Source: Alphaproteobacteria bacterium (lineage in GTDB: Bacteria > Pseudomonadota > Alphaproteobacteria > SHVR01). Taken from it: 64,000 nt of DNA. Positions 1 to 10,639 of this stretch are shown here, one piece after another. The notes beneath the pieces were generated by a model that saw nothing but the letters and a program-made list of their open reading frames with translations, was not told the DNA's origin and searched no databases. The stretch spans positions 216 to 64,215 of the forward strand of contig SHVR01000011.1 of NCBI GenBank assembly GCA_009694185.1, given 5' to 3'. The translations under genes were made by a program, and so were the position numbers. Numbering within the stretch: the first letter of the stretch is position 1; each line of letters opens with the position of its first letter.

Positions 1-7
1 AAGCACC

Positions 8-1249
8 ATGCGGAACCTCACGGTCAATGGCGAGCGGCTATGGCGGAACCTCATGGAGATGGGTGAGATCGGCGCGACGCCCGACGGCGGCTCCCGGCGC
101 CTCGCTCTCGATGCCGAAGACGGCAAGGCCCGCGACCGGTTCGTCCTCTGGGCGCGCCGGGCGGGCCTCACGGTCGCCGTCGACCGCATGGGCAATATCT
201 TCGCGCGCCGCAAGGGTGCGCGCGACGACCTGCCGCCCGTGCTCATGGGCAGCCATCTGGATACGGTGCCCACGGGCGGCAAGTTCGACGGCCCCCTGGG
301 CGTGCTCGCCGCCCTCGAAGTGGTCCACACCTTGAACGATGCCGGCGTCGTCACGGATGCACCCCTGGAGGTCGTCAATTGGACCAATGAAGAAGGCTCG
401 CGCTTCTCGCCCTACACGCTGGGCTCGCTTGCCTTCGCCGGGAAGATTTCTCTCGACTTCGCCCTCTCCCGCCAGGACCCGGACGGGATCACGGTTGCGC
501 GCGCGCTCCAGGATATCGGCTATGCGGGCGAGGCGGCGGTGGGTGGTCGCAAGATTGGCGCCTATTTCGAGCTGCATATCGAGCAGGGGCCTGTGCTGGA
601 GGCAAGCGGCGACGAGATCGGCATCGTCACCGGCTCGTTCCTCGCGCGCTACTATGTGGTGACCGTGACCGGCTTTGCCGCCCATGTGGGTCCCACTCCC
701 ATGAAAGGCCGCAGGGACGCGCTGGTGGGTGCCGCGCGCGTCATCATCGAGGTCAACCGCATTGGCAACGCCCATGGGGTCGATGCCCGCTCCAACGCCC
801 CCTATCTCGAAATCTTCCCGCATGTGCGCGGCGTGATCCCGTCGGAAGTGAAGGTGAGCTGCGACCTCCGCCATCCCGACCGCGCGACCCTCATCGCCAT
901 GGAGCGTGAACTTGAAGCGGCGATCGAGAATCTCAAGGGCGAACTCGCCATGGGGATCGCCATGGAGCGTTATTTCGAATTCGGCCCGATTGCGTTTACG
1001 CCCGAAACGGCGAGCCTCATCCGTGAGACCGCCAAGGATCGGGGCTATAAACAGCGCGACGTGCTGACCATCGCCGGCCATGACGCGGTGGCGATGCTGG
1101 ACCTCTGTCCCTCGGGCATGATCTTCGTCCCCAGCCGGGGCGGCCTCAGCCATAACGCGGCCGAATGGAGCGAGCCGGCCCATGTCGCCGCCGGCGCCAA
1201 TGTGCTGCTGCATGCGGTCCTCGCGAAAGCCGGCGTGGCGACAGGGTGA
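8..1249 (+). CDS. Zn-dependent amidohydrolase, M20 family (N-carbamoyl-L-amino acid hydrolase / allantoate amidohydrolase-like)
   Basis: 413 aa with motifs GSHLDTVPTGGKFDG, NEEGSRF, ELHIEQGP, AGHDA and GGLSHN typical of the hydantoinase/carbamoylase family. Confidence 0.9.
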   Translation: MRNLTVNGERLWRNLMEMGEIGATPDGGSRRLALDAEDGKARDRFVLWARRAGLTVAVDRMGNIFARRKGARDDLPPVLMGSHLDTVPTGGKFDGPLGVLAALEVVHTLNDAGVVTDAPLEVVNWTNEEGSRFSPYTLGSLAFAGKISLDFALSRQDPDGITVARALQDIGYAGEAAVGGRKIGAYFELHIEQGPVLEASGDEIGIVTGSFLARYYVVTVTGFAAHVGPTPMKGRRDALVGAARVIIEVNRIGNAHGVDARSNAPYLEIFPHVRGVIPSEVKVSCDLRHPDRATLIAMERELEAAIENLKGELAMGIAMERYFEFGPIAFTPETASLIRETAKDRGYKQRDVLTIAGHDAVAMLDLCPSGMIFVPSRGGLSHNAAEWSEPAHVAAGANVLLHAVLAKAGVATG

Positions 1250-3927
1250 CGGTGGCACCCAACCCGTCGCCCGCGACGCTGCGCGATCTCGTCACGGGCC
1301 TGGCCCAAGCGGGCGATCGCCCGGCCCTGATGGCCGTCGATGGCGACCGGGCGACGACGCTTGCCTACGCGCCGCTCGCCGACCGGGCCTTGCGCCTCGC
1401 GACCGGCATGGCGCGCGCCGGCATCAAGCCCGGCGATCCGGTGCTCCTATTCGGGCCGAACAGTATCGACTGGATCGTCGTGCGCCTTGCCCTGGGGGCA
1501 CTCGGCACCGTTGCCGTGGCGCTCGACGAGCTCTCGAGCGACGGCGAAGTCGCGACGCTCGTCCCGGACAGCGGGGCCGGCGTGGCCTTCCTGGCGACCG
1601 GCCATGTCGAGCGCGCGCGCGCGGCCCCCGGCGGCGATCGGATCGCCCTCTATCGCCTCGATGGCCCGGAGGCGGAGGGCTCGACGCCGCACTATGGGTG
1701 CCTTATCGCGCCCACGCCGGGCAGCCTGCCGGCGATCCGCCCCGATGATCCGATGATGCTGGTCTACACCTCGGGCACGACGGGCACGCCCAAGGGCTTT
1801 TATCTGACCCACGCCAATGTATTGCACAATGTCGGCGCGATCGTCGCCCAACGGGTGCTGAAGCCCGATGATCGGGCCTTGCTGCCCTTGCCCCTGCATC
1901 ATGTCTATCCCCAGACGGTCGGGCTCTTCAGCGTGCTCGCGACCGGCGCGTTGCTGGTGTTGCCCGAGGCGGTGAGCGGACCCGAGATCGTGCGCGCGCT
2001 CAAAATCGGCCGCGTGAGCGCCATGATCGCCGTGCCGCGGCTCTATGCGGCCATGGTCTCGGGCCTCGAGGGGCGCGTCCGGGCCAAGGGCCGGCTGGCC
2101 TGGCGGCTCTTCCGCGCCTTGCAGGCGCTCGCCCTCGCCGCCAAGCGGCGCTTCGGCTGGAATCTGGGTCGCCTCCTGTTCGGCGCCTTGCACCGCCAGC
2201 TCGCGCCCGACCTCTGGCTCATGGTGTCGGGCGGCGCGCGCTTCGAGGCGGACCTGATCTGGCGCTTGGAAGCGCTCGGCTGGGATGTGCGCAGCGGCTG
2301 GGGCCTCGCCGAGACGTCGTCGATCCTCACCAACCAGCAGGGAGGCCCGGCAAAGCGCATCGGCGGCGAAGGGCCGCCGCTTGCCGGCATGGCGCTCCGG
2401 GTCGCGATGCCGGACGAGACCGGCGTCGGCGAACTTGAGTGCCGTGGGCCGTCACTCTTCCAGGGCTATCGCAACGATCCCGTCGCGACCCAGGCGGCCT
2501 TCACGGCGGACGGCTGGTTTCGCACCGGCGATCGGGGCTTTCTCGACGACGCCGGCCGCGTCTATATCACCGGTCGCGCCAAGGAGATGATCGTCCTCGG
2601 CGGCGGCAAGAACATCTATCCCGAGGAACTGGAGAAGGTGTATGCCGCCTCGCCGTTCTTCGCCGAGATGGCGGTGCTGGAGGAAAATGGCGCGCTGGTC
2701 GCATTGGTCGTCCCCGATATGGCCGTGATTGGTGGGAGTGGCAATCTCCGGATCGACGATGTGGTGCGGGTCGCCCTCGCCGAGCGCGCGCAAGGCCTGC
2801 CATCGTTTCAGCGCCTCGCCGGCTACGCCATCAGCCGCGAACCGCTGCCGCGCACCCGGCTCGGCAAGTATCAGCGCTTTCGCTTGGCCGACATCTATCG
2901 CCAGGCCAGGGCCGGGCTCACACCCGTCCGATCGGCGCCACTCGGCGAGGCCGACCGGGCGCTGCTTGCCGGCTCGCCCGCGGCCGAGCTCTGGCAATGG
3001 TTGGGCGAGCGCTATCCCGGCAAGCAACTCCACCCCGACCTATCGCCCCAGCTCGATCTCGGCATCGACTCTCTCGAATGGGTTGGCATGACCATGGAAA
3101 TGGCCGAACGCTTCGACATCCACTTCACCGAGGAAGACGCGGCCGGCATCCTCTCGCTCCGCGATCTGTTGCGCCTTGGCGGCCAGCGCCGCGCCGCCGC
3201 CCCACCGGTAGAGGGCGGGCCCGGCGCGCCACGCGAACGCGGGCCGATCGACACATTGACGCCAGACGAGGCCCGGTGGCTCGCGCCCGCCGGCGCCGGC
3301 CATCGCCGGCTTGGGCGCGTGCTGATGGGCTGTAATCGCCGGCTCGTGCGCTGGCTCTTCCAACTGCGCGTCGAGGGCTTGGAGAACCTGCCGCGATCGG
3401 GGCCGCTGGTGATTGCCTGTAATCATCTGAGCGACATCGATCCGGCGGTGGTCGCGGCCGCGATCGATGCCGACCGCCTGCAACGGGTCTGGTGGGGCGC
3501 CGAAGCGAGCCGACTGTTCACGACTGGGGCGGGCCGCGCGCTCGCCCGCGCCGGCCGCGTGTTTCCCGTCCAGGAAAAGCGGCCGGCCGCCTCACTTGCC
3601 TTCGCCGCTACCGTCTTGGCGCAAGGGGACATGCTGGTCTGGTTCCCGGAAAGCTGGCGCTCGCCCGATGGGCGCCTGCAACGTTTCTTTCCCGGCGTCG
3701 GCCATCTCGTGCACCAAACGGGCGCCAGGGTCGTGCCGGCCCGCATTACCGGCACCTTCGAGGCGATGCCGCGTGGTCGCCGCGTGCCCCGACTGGTGCC
3801 GGTCAAGATCGCCTTTGGGCCGGCCCTAGAGGCGGACGCGCTGGCCGAACAAGGAACCGGCGCGACACCGGCCGAGCGCATCGTCGACGCGCTCCATACT
3901 GCTGTGGCAAGCTTGGCCGAGGTGTGA
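1246..3927 (+). CDS. Long-chain acyl-CoA/acyl-ACP ligase fused to a carrier (ACP) domain and a PlsC-type acyltransferase
   Basis: GTG start overlaps the upstream TGA; AMP-binding motifs YTSGTTGTPKG and WFRTGD; phosphopantetheine motif LGIDSL; acyltransferase motifs NHLSDID and FPE. Confidence 0.85.
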   Translation: MTVAPNPSPATLRDLVTGLAQAGDRPALMAVDGDRATTLAYAPLADRALRLATGMARAGIKPGDPVLLFGPNSIDWIVVRLALGALGTVAVALDELSSDGEVATLVPDSGAGVAFLATGHVERARAAPGGDRIALYRLDGPEAEGSTPHYGCLIAPTPGSLPAIRPDDPMMLVYTSGTTGTPKGFYLTHANVLHNVGAIVAQRVLKPDDRALLPLPLHHVYPQTVGLFSVLATGALLVLPEAVSGPEIVRALKIGRVSAMIAVPRLYAAMVSGLEGRVRAKGRLAWRLFRALQALALAAKRRFGWNLGRLLFGALHRQLAPDLWLMVSGGARFEADLIWRLEALGWDVRSGWGLAETSSILTNQQGGPAKRIGGEGPPLAGMALRVAMPDETGVGELECRGPSLFQGYRNDPVATQAAFTADGWFRTGDRGFLDDAGRVYITGRAKEMIVLGGGKNIYPEELEKVYAASPFFAEMAVLEENGALVALVVPDMAVIGGSGNLRIDDVVRVALAERAQGLPSFQRLAGYAISREPLPRTRLGKYQRFRLADIYRQARAGLTPVRSAPLGEADRALLAGSPAAELWQWLGERYPGKQLHPDLSPQLDLGIDSLEWVGMTMEMAERFDIHFTEEDAAGILSLRDLLRLGGQRRAAAPPVEGGPGAPRERGPIDTLTPDEARWLAPAGAGHRRLGRVLMGCNRRLVRWLFQLRVEGLENLPRSGPLVIACNHLSDIDPAVVAAAIDADRLQRVWWGAEASRLFTTGAGRALARAGRVFPVQEKRPAASLAFAATVLAQGDMLVWFPESWRSPDGRLQRFFPGVGHLVHQTGARVVPARITGTFEAMPRGRRVPRLVPVKIAFGPALEADALAEQGTGATPAERIVDALHTAVASLAEV

Positions 3928-3949
3928 TCGTGTGGTTGGGAGACGGGCG

Positions 3950-5691
3950 ATGGGATTGAGGCACGGGCTGGCAGTGTGGCTGGGAGCAGGGTTGCTGGTC
4001 ATCGCCGGGGCGGCACCCGCCGGCGCGGCACCGGTGCGCGACCCGGCCATTCCCTGGCAAGCCTGGAGCGATGCCGTCTTCGAGCGGGCGCGCCAAGAGA
4101 ACCGCTTCGTCCTCCTCAGCCTGCAATCCTGGTGGTGCCCCTGGTGTCACACCATGAACGAGGTCACCTACGCCGATCCGTCGGTGCGGGCCTATCTCGA
4201 CCGGCACTACATCATGGTGCGGGTCGACCAGGACAGCCGGCCCGACATCGCCAATCGCTATGAGCGCTGGGGCTGGCCTGCCACGGTCCTCTTTGGCCCG
4301 GACGGGGGCGAGATCGTCAAGCTGCGCGGCTTCTACTCGCCCGAATTCTTCCTGCCGATCCTCGAAGAGACGGTGCAGGACCCGACCCCGGTCGACTATG
4401 GCGCACCGGGCGGTCCGGAGCGGGGGCCAAGCCGCGTCAAGCATTTGAGCGAAGCCGAGCGCGCCGAAATTTTGGCCTTTATGGACAAGGTCTGGGACGA
4501 GGAGAATGCCGGCTGGGGCAAGTCTAAATTCGTCGACCAGCCGACCTTCATCCACGCGCTCGAGCGGGCCAAGGCCGGCGACCGGGCGATGGCCGTCAAG
4601 GCTCGGCGGACGATCACCCAGCTCCGCCGCCTGATCGACCCGGAGACCGGCGCCATGTCGCAGATCTCGACCAAGCCGGACTGGTCGGAGCCCAAGCGGG
4701 AATTCCCTATGTTCGCCCAGGAAGCGGCGCTCAAGACCTTCAGTCAGGCTTATGCCTTGTGGGGCGATCCGGCCGACCGGGAGGCGGCCGAGCGGGTCTA
4801 TCGCTTCCTCAGCCAGCGCATGATCGGTCCGGGCGGCGGGTTCTATTCGAGCTTCGGCATGGAGTTGGGCGAGCCGGGCGTCGATCGCAGCCAATATGCG
4901 CGGGAGAACGGCCAGGCGGTGGCCGGCCTCGCCGCCTATGCCATGGCGACGGGCAACGAGGCGGCGCTCGGCCACGCGATCCGGGCGGCGGGCTGGGTAC
5001 TGGCGAACCGCGCCTTGGCCGGCGGCGGCTTCCGTCACGGGCCGAGCGATCCGGCCGGCCCCTATCTCGGCGATACGCTCGCCATGGGCCAGGCCTTCCT
5101 CCTCCTCTATCAGGCGACGGCCGATCGACGCTGGCTCGACCATGCCGTCCTCGCCGCCGAGTTTATCGCCCGGACGTTCATCGACCCGGCGACGGGCGGC
5201 TTCGCCACCACGGCGAGGCCGGCGGCGCGCCACCTCCAGGATGCCGTGAAACAGAAGGATGAAAATGTCGCGGCAACGCGATTTTTCAACCTGCTCGCCC
5301 AGCATGTGAGCAGCGCAGAATTCCGGACCATCGCCGAAACCGGCATGGGTTACCTCGCCTCGCTGCCGATCCTGGACGCGTATGGCTTTTTGCCCGATGT
5401 GTTGCGGCCGAGACCGAGCTGACCCATGAGCCCGTCAGGGTCACCATCGTCGGTGCCAAGGGCGACCCCGCCGCCGCCTTGTTCCGCGCGGCCCAGGCAT
5501 ATCCCTCCACCTATAAGCAGGTGGAATGGTGGGACCGCGCCGAGCCGAAGCTCGCCAGTTCGGCGATCGACTATCCCGACTATCCGGGTGCCGCTGCCTT
5601 CGCCTGCACCAGCAGCTTCTGCTCGCTGCCGGTGACGTCGCCGGGGGATGTGGCAACCGCCATGGATCGGTTGGAGCGGGTCATCAAGTGA
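3950..5691 (+). pseudogene. Exported thioredoxin-domain/(alpha/alpha)6 protein (YyaL/DUF255-like), frameshifted near 5405
   Basis: Signal-like N-terminus, WCPWCH CxxC and DRPDI..RY...GWP motifs; ORF stops at 5422 but the family-like C-terminus (AETELTHEPVRVTIVG...[14 protein letters not shown]) continues in the -1 frame from about 5407 to 5691. Confidence 0.7.
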
Positions 5692-5714
5692 TGGCGGGCG
5701 AAGGAGGGAGTGCT

Positions 5715-7409
5715 ATGACGGACCGGGCGTTGAGTTACGTGCATGGCGGGTCGACGACGCCCTTGATCGGCGCCACCATCGGCACTTTCTTCGACCGGGC
5801 GGTGGCGCGCTGGCAGGACCGCGAGGCTCTGGTGGTGCGCCATCAGGACGTGCGCTGGAGCTATGGCGAGCTTGGGCGGCGGGTCGACGATCTGGCGGCG
5901 GGTCTGCTCGCGGCCGGGCTCGAGCCGGGCGATCGGGTCGGCATCTGGGCGCAGAATTGCGCCGAGTGGGTGCTGTCCCAATTCGCCACCGCCAAGGCCG
6001 GGCTGATCCTCGTCAACATCAACCCCGCCTATCGCCGGACCGAACTCGACTACGCACTGAACAAGGTGGGGTGCCGGGCGCTCATCACTTCGCCCCGCTT
6101 CAAGTCCTCCGATTATCTGGCGATCCTTCGCGATCTGGCACCCGAGCTCGACCATTGCCCGCCCGGCGCGCTCGATGCCAGGGGCGTGCCGGCGCTCAAG
6201 CTCGTGGTCAGGTTGGGCGGCGAAGCGACGGCCGGCATGATGAATTTCGCCGACCTCACCCGCCAGGGTGGTAACGCCGAGCAGGAGCGGCTGGCCGAGC
6301 TGGCGCGCACGCTGCAATTCGACGATGCGATCAACATCCAATTCACCTCGGGCACCACCGGCTACCCCAAGGGCACCACCCTCAGTCACCACAACATCCT
6401 GAACAATGGCCATTTCGTGGGCGAGGCGTTGCGCCTGACGGAGCGGGACCGGCTCTGCATTCCAGTGCCGCTCTATCACTGCTTCGGCATGGTGATGGCC
6501 AATCTCGGCTGTCTTACCCATGGCGCCACCATGGTGTTCCCCGACGAAGCGTTCGACCCGAAGACGGTGCTGGCGACCCTCGCGGCCGAACGCTGCACCG
6601 CCATGTATGGCGTGCCCACCATGTTCATTGCCACACTCGACCATCCCGACTTCAAGGCGACCGACTTGACGAGCTTGCGCACCGGCATCATGGCGGGCGC
6701 GCCCTGCCCGATCGAGGTGATGAAGCGGGTGGTGAGCGAAATGCACATGCCCGAAATCACCATCGCCTATGGCATGACCGAAACTTCGCCCGTGAGCTTC
6801 CATAGCTCGATCGAGGACCCATTGGAGCGGCGAGTTTCCACCGTCGGCCGCATCCAGCCCCATATCGAAGTGAAGATCGTCGACGGCGAGGGCCGCATCC
6901 TGCCCCGTGGCGAAGCGGGCGAGCTCTGCACGCGCGGCTATTCGGTCATGCTCGGCTATTGGGGCGACGAGGCCAAGACGGCCGAGTCCATCGATGCCGC
7001 CGGCTGGATGCACACCGGCGACATCGCCACCCTCGACGCCCATGGTTATTGCAACATTGTGGGGCGCATCAAGGACATGGTGATCCGGGGCGGCGAGAAC
7101 GTCTACCCGCGCGAGATCGAGGAATTCCTCTATCGCCATCCCAAGGTTCAGGACGTGCAGGTGATCGGCGTCGCCGATGCCAAATATGGCGAGGAGATCT
7201 GCGCCTGGATCAAGCTCCGGCCGGGCATGGAGGCAACCGAAGAGGAAATCCGCGCCTTCTGCCGGGGCCAGATCGCCCACTACAAGGTGCCGCGCCATGT
7301 GCGCTTCGTCGAGGGCTTTCCCATGACGATTACCGGCAAGGTCCAGAAGTTCGTCATGCGCGAGGCGATGGCGAAGGAACTGGGTGCCATGGCGGCGAAA
7401 ACCGCGTGA
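5715..7409 (+). CDS. AMP-binding acyl-CoA synthetase
   Basis: [27 protein letters not shown] and TGKVQK motifs; SD GGAGGGAG before ATG 5715. Confidence 0.92.
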   Translation: MTDRALSYVHGGSTTPLIGATIGTFFDRAVARWQDREALVVRHQDVRWSYGELGRRVDDLAAGLLAAGLEPGDRVGIWAQNCAEWVLSQFATAKAGLILVNINPAYRRTELDYALNKVGCRALITSPRFKSSDYLAILRDLAPELDHCPPGALDARGVPALKLVVRLGGEATAGMMNFADLTRQGGNAEQERLAELARTLQFDDAINIQFTSGTTGYPKGTTLSHHNILNNGHFVGEALRLTERDRLCIPVPLYHCFGMVMANLGCLTHGATMVFPDEAFDPKTVLATLAAERCTAMYGVPTMFIATLDHPDFKATDLTSLRTGIMAGAPCPIEVMKRVVSEMHMPEITIAYGMTETSPVSFHSSIEDPLERRVSTVGRIQPHIEVKIVDGEGRILPRGEAGELCTRGYSVMLGYWGDEAKTAESIDAAGWMHTGDIATLDAHGYCNIVGRIKDMVIRGGENVYPREIEEFLYRHPKVQDVQVIGVADAKYGEEICAWIKLRPGMEATEEEIRAFCRGQIAHYKVPRHVRFVEGFPMTITGKVQKFVMREAMAKELGAMAAKTA

Positions 7410-7430
7410 TGCCTATTCCTGTCCGATTTC

Positions 7431-7496
7431 CGGCTCATCTCCGTTCGACGGTCGCGGCAAGACGAGGTGACGGTTTATGAAAGCCAAGACATTTGA
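7431..7496 (+). pseudogene. brnT: 3' remnant of a BrnT-family toxin
   Basis: Translates RLISVRRSRQDEVTVYESQDI*, resembling the BrnT C-terminal R-I-I-S-x-R-R motif and overlapping the antitoxin start; no N-terminal part present. Confidence 0.65.
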
Positions 7497-7713
7497 TCGA
7501 AAATTCGATGCGGGTGAAAAGGTCACGGGCCAGCTTGATCTAGGTCGGGCTCGGCGGGTCGGCACCGACGCCAAACGCGTCAACGTCGATTTTCCCGCTT
7601 GGATGGTGGCGTCCCTCGACCAGGAGGCGCGCCGAATGGGTGTCACGCGCCAATCGCTCATCAAGCTCTGGCTTGCCGATAAGCTGGGGCAACGGAGTCC
7701 CGGTAAGCAATAA
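7477..7713 (+). CDS. brnA: BrnA/CopG-family ribbon-helix-helix antitoxin
   Basis: MKAKTFDRKFDAGE...KRVNVDFPAWMVASLDQEARRMGVTRQSLIKLWLA is typical of this antitoxin family. Confidence 0.8.
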   Translation: MKAKTFDRKFDAGEKVTGQLDLGRARRVGTDAKRVNVDFPAWMVASLDQEARRMGVTRQSLIKLWLADKLGQRSPGKQ

Positions 7714-7820
7714 ATCGGACCAAGGTGACCGTCCCTATCCGACGCCATTTTCGGGGAGCGGATTGCGAAGGAACCGGGCGGCGCGGCGGCGCAGACCGCC
7801 TGTTGCCTACCTGGATTGCG

Positions 7821-8050
7821 TCAGCGCGCACCCGCGGCGTCTTTCGCGGTTTCCGCCCATGGCCCGGTCTTCACCAAAGTCTTCGCGAGTGCCCGCTTCG
7901 CGACTTCGGTGTCGTAGTCGGCTTGCAGGCGCAACTACCAGTCATCGGAAAGCCCGAAGAACCGGCACAGCCGCAAATCGGTATCGGCTGTCACGGCCCG
8001 CCGGCCAGCCAGAATCTCGCCGATGCGCCGCGCCGGCACGCCGATCTCCG
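7821..8050 (-). pseudogene. higA: HigA-family addiction-module antitoxin, 5'-truncated with a premature stop
   Basis: AEIGVPARRIGEILAGRRAVTADTDLRLCRFFGLSDDW*LRLQADYDTEVAKRAL; TAG at 7935-7937 where a Trp is expected; true stop at 7821-7823. Confidence 0.75.
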
Positions 8051-8139
8051 CGACCTGGCCGAACTTCACCGGATCGCTGCCGGCAAGCGGCTGCGCCGTG
8101 AACTCCACCGCGAGGGCGACCTCTGCGAGGGGATGGACG

Positions 8140-8220
8140 TCGCTGCGGGTCCGTCTCTTCTTCGAGAAAGGACAGAGCGAGGCGGCAGTCGTCGAGAACT
8201 TCACGAGCCTTATAGGTCAC
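8140..8220 (-). pseudogene. 5' fragment of a hypothetical protein
   Basis: GTG start with SD; MTYKAREVLDDCRLALSFLEEETDPQR, after which the sequence switches to unrelated fragments. Confidence 0.4.
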
Positions 8221-8261
8221 GACAAGGGGTCCTCATCCTGCCGCTCCGTCCGCACACCCCA

Positions 8262-10193
8262 TCACGCAATCCTGCCCCGCAAGCTGTCCGCGAGCACCGA
8301 AAGGGCGTCGGCAAGCCGTCTCGCCGTTTCCGGTGGCGGCAGCGGCATCTTGAGGTTTTGCGCGCCGGTGGCCGGATCGCGCTCGATCCATGGATGCGCC
8401 GGAGCGTTGGGATCGTTGGCAGCCGCCAGAGCGGCAACGAACTGCGCGCCAACCCGTGCCAAGGCTTGCCACGGATCGGCGCCTGTATCGGGCGGTGATG
8501 GCCCCGACCCATCGGGCCGCGCGATCGCCGTCTCGCTCGCGCCAATTCTTGCATCCGCATTTACATCGTCCATGGACCCGGCGTCATCGGCGGTGACGAG
8601 GTTCCCCGCCTCCTCGCCCGGTGTCACAGCCTCACCCTCACCCATGCGCCCCGTGACGTTTCCCGCGTCCTTCATGAAGCGGGTGAGGCGCGAACCGCCG
8701 AGTGCTATCTCGCCACTGCCGCCATCGAGAATTCCCGCCGACAAGGAGCGTTTGAACGCCAGCACCGAAAGCATGCCCTCCTCGATGGTGCCCTTTGCCA
8801 CGAAATTGATCACCTGCACCGGCCGTTTCTGGCCCATGCGGTGGATGCGCGCGATGCGCTGCTCGAGGATCGCCGGGTTCCACGGCAAGTCCATGTTGAT
8901 CAGGGTCGACGCATGTTGCAAATTGAGGCCCGTGCTACCGGCGTCGGTGGAGAGGAACACGCGGCAGGCGGGGTCGACGCGAAACCGCTCGACCAGCGCC
9001 GGCCGCCTTTCGGATGGCACGCCACCGTGGAAACTGACGTAGCCCAGCCTGCGCGCGTCGAGGCGGCGGATGACGATGTCATGGGTTCGCCTCCACTGCG
9101 AAAACACCACCGCCTTGGCCTCGGGCTCGGCGAACAGGTCGTCGAACAGTGCCGCCATTTCGTCGGCCTTGACGCCATGGTCGGTTTCCTGGTCGAGCAG
9201 ATAAGTGCTGTTGCACGACATGCGCATATTCTGCAAAGCACAGGTCAGCCGCCGCTGACGCGCGCCGCGTTGTCGCCCCGCCGCCCCGAGAACCGCTTGA
9301 TCTCGCTCTGCCATTGGTATTTGAACGAGGTCGGGCAGATCACCAGCACTTTCGAGACGCTGAAATATTTGGCCAATATCTCGGCCGCGGCAATGGCCTG
9401 GATGGTCTTGCCCAAACCCATATCGTCGCCGATCAGCGCACGTCCCGCCCGCAGCGCAAACAGCGTGCCCTCGGCCTGATAGAGATAGAGCGGAACCTTG
9501 AGAAGGTTCGTCAGCTTGGGATCGGCGGCACCCAGCGGGAACAATTTGTCGAGCTTGAGTGCCCGCCGTTCCGCGTCGCGCCGAGTGGCGATGACGTCGA
9601 GCGCATCGTCATAGGCGCGCAACTCATGGCCACTCTTCGACACCCGAGCAACAAACTGCTCCAGTTCGCCAAACCGTTCATCCGGCAGCATGCCGTTGCG
9701 GCCCACGTCGAACAACTGGGCGGCGGCATCGCGTAACGCCGGTGGGCAATCCGTGCCGGCGCGAAAATACACGCCACGCCTGCCGTCATAACGCAAATAC
9801 AGCTCGGAAAACGCCGCCCGATAGCCACGCGCGAATGCCGTCTTGGCGCCGCGCTTTTTCGTAAGCCGGGCGAGCGTGAATTCGACGTGCTTACAGGTGC
9901 CGAGCTCGCTGGTGGCGTAATCGGGGCATGTGCAGAAATTATCGCCCGGATGCAAGCCGCGTATTGCCACGCGATAGCTGGATTTCGAAATCGGATTGCT
10001 GACGCGAAACTCGGAGAAGAAGGGCTCATCGCTCAAGTTTTCGAGCCCGAAATCCTGCTCGCGGCCGAACTGCCGGCGTAAAACCCGTTGCCAGTCCACC
10101 GGGCGAAACACCGGCAGGCGGATGGCCGCGCGAGGGCTTCGGCTCCTTGTCCGGCTTGGCGGCGGATTTGTGGTTTCGGCGCTTGGGTGTCAT
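8262..10193 (-). pseudogene. SWIM zinc-finger SNF2-family helicase, frameshifted and internally deleted
   Basis: SWIM motif CTCPDY...CKH and Walker A DDMGLGKT in 9245-10111; helicase-C motifs VFSQW, GLNLQ and LPWNP..EQRIARIHRMGQ in another frame; DExx/motif III region absent; 5' frameshift near 10100. Confidence 0.85.
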
Positions 10194-10288
10194 CGAAATA
10201 CATTCCGTTCGGCAAAAGTTTCTCGCGAGATATTGGTCTGGCATCCTACGCCAGAGCCGCTAAAAGTATCCAAAAAGCGCCGCCCCCC

Positions 10289-10468
10289 CTACTCCCACTC
10301 TATGGTGCGGGCCACTCTATGGTGCGGGGTGGCTTCGAGGCGATGTCGTCGGTCACCCGGTTGATGCCGCGCGCTTCGTTGATGATGCGGGCCTTGACCC
10401 GGCCGAGAAAGCCACGATCGAAGGGGTAATAGTCGGCGGTCATGCCGTCGGTGGAGGTCACCGCGCGT
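10289..10468 (-). pseudogene. guaA: Displaced 3' end of GMP synthase (att-site relic)
   Basis: [52 protein letters not shown](E*) matches the GuaA C-terminus; the rest of the gene is absent. Confidence 0.85.
10295..10328. repeat. 17-bp perfect tandem duplication CCACTCTATGGTGCGGG x2
   Basis: Copies at 10295-10311 and 10312-10328, inside the guaA tail. Confidence 0.9.
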
Positions 10469-10537
10469 GGCGCGCCGGCAAGATCGGGCGCCTTAAGGAG
10501 GTCGGAGCCCGAGTGCCCCGAACCTCGCTTTGCTTCC

Positions 10538-10639
10538 TCAAAGCACGCCTTCGATATCGGTTTTCGAGAAATCATCGCCGACATACAGCAGGCGGCAGGC
10601 ATGTTCCTTCGCCACCTCATAGGCGTAGCAATCCCCGAA
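10538..10639 (-). pseudogene. vapC: 3' remnant of a VapC (PIN) toxin
   Basis: [33 protein letters not shown] resembles the VapC C-terminal (LN)FGDC-x-AY...GDDF..TD motif. Confidence 0.75.

Noticed and set aside
5420-5422. UGA at the end of the YyaL-like ORF as possible selenocysteine
   Set aside because: The family-like continuation is in a different frame and the position is not a Cys site
7935-7937. In-frame TAG in higA as recoding (pyrrolysine or read-through)
   Set aside because: It replaces a Trp codon by one transition in an already truncated gene
8262-10193. Active SNF2-based anti-phage system
   Set aside because: The helicase lacks its DExx core, is frameshifted and has no partner genes
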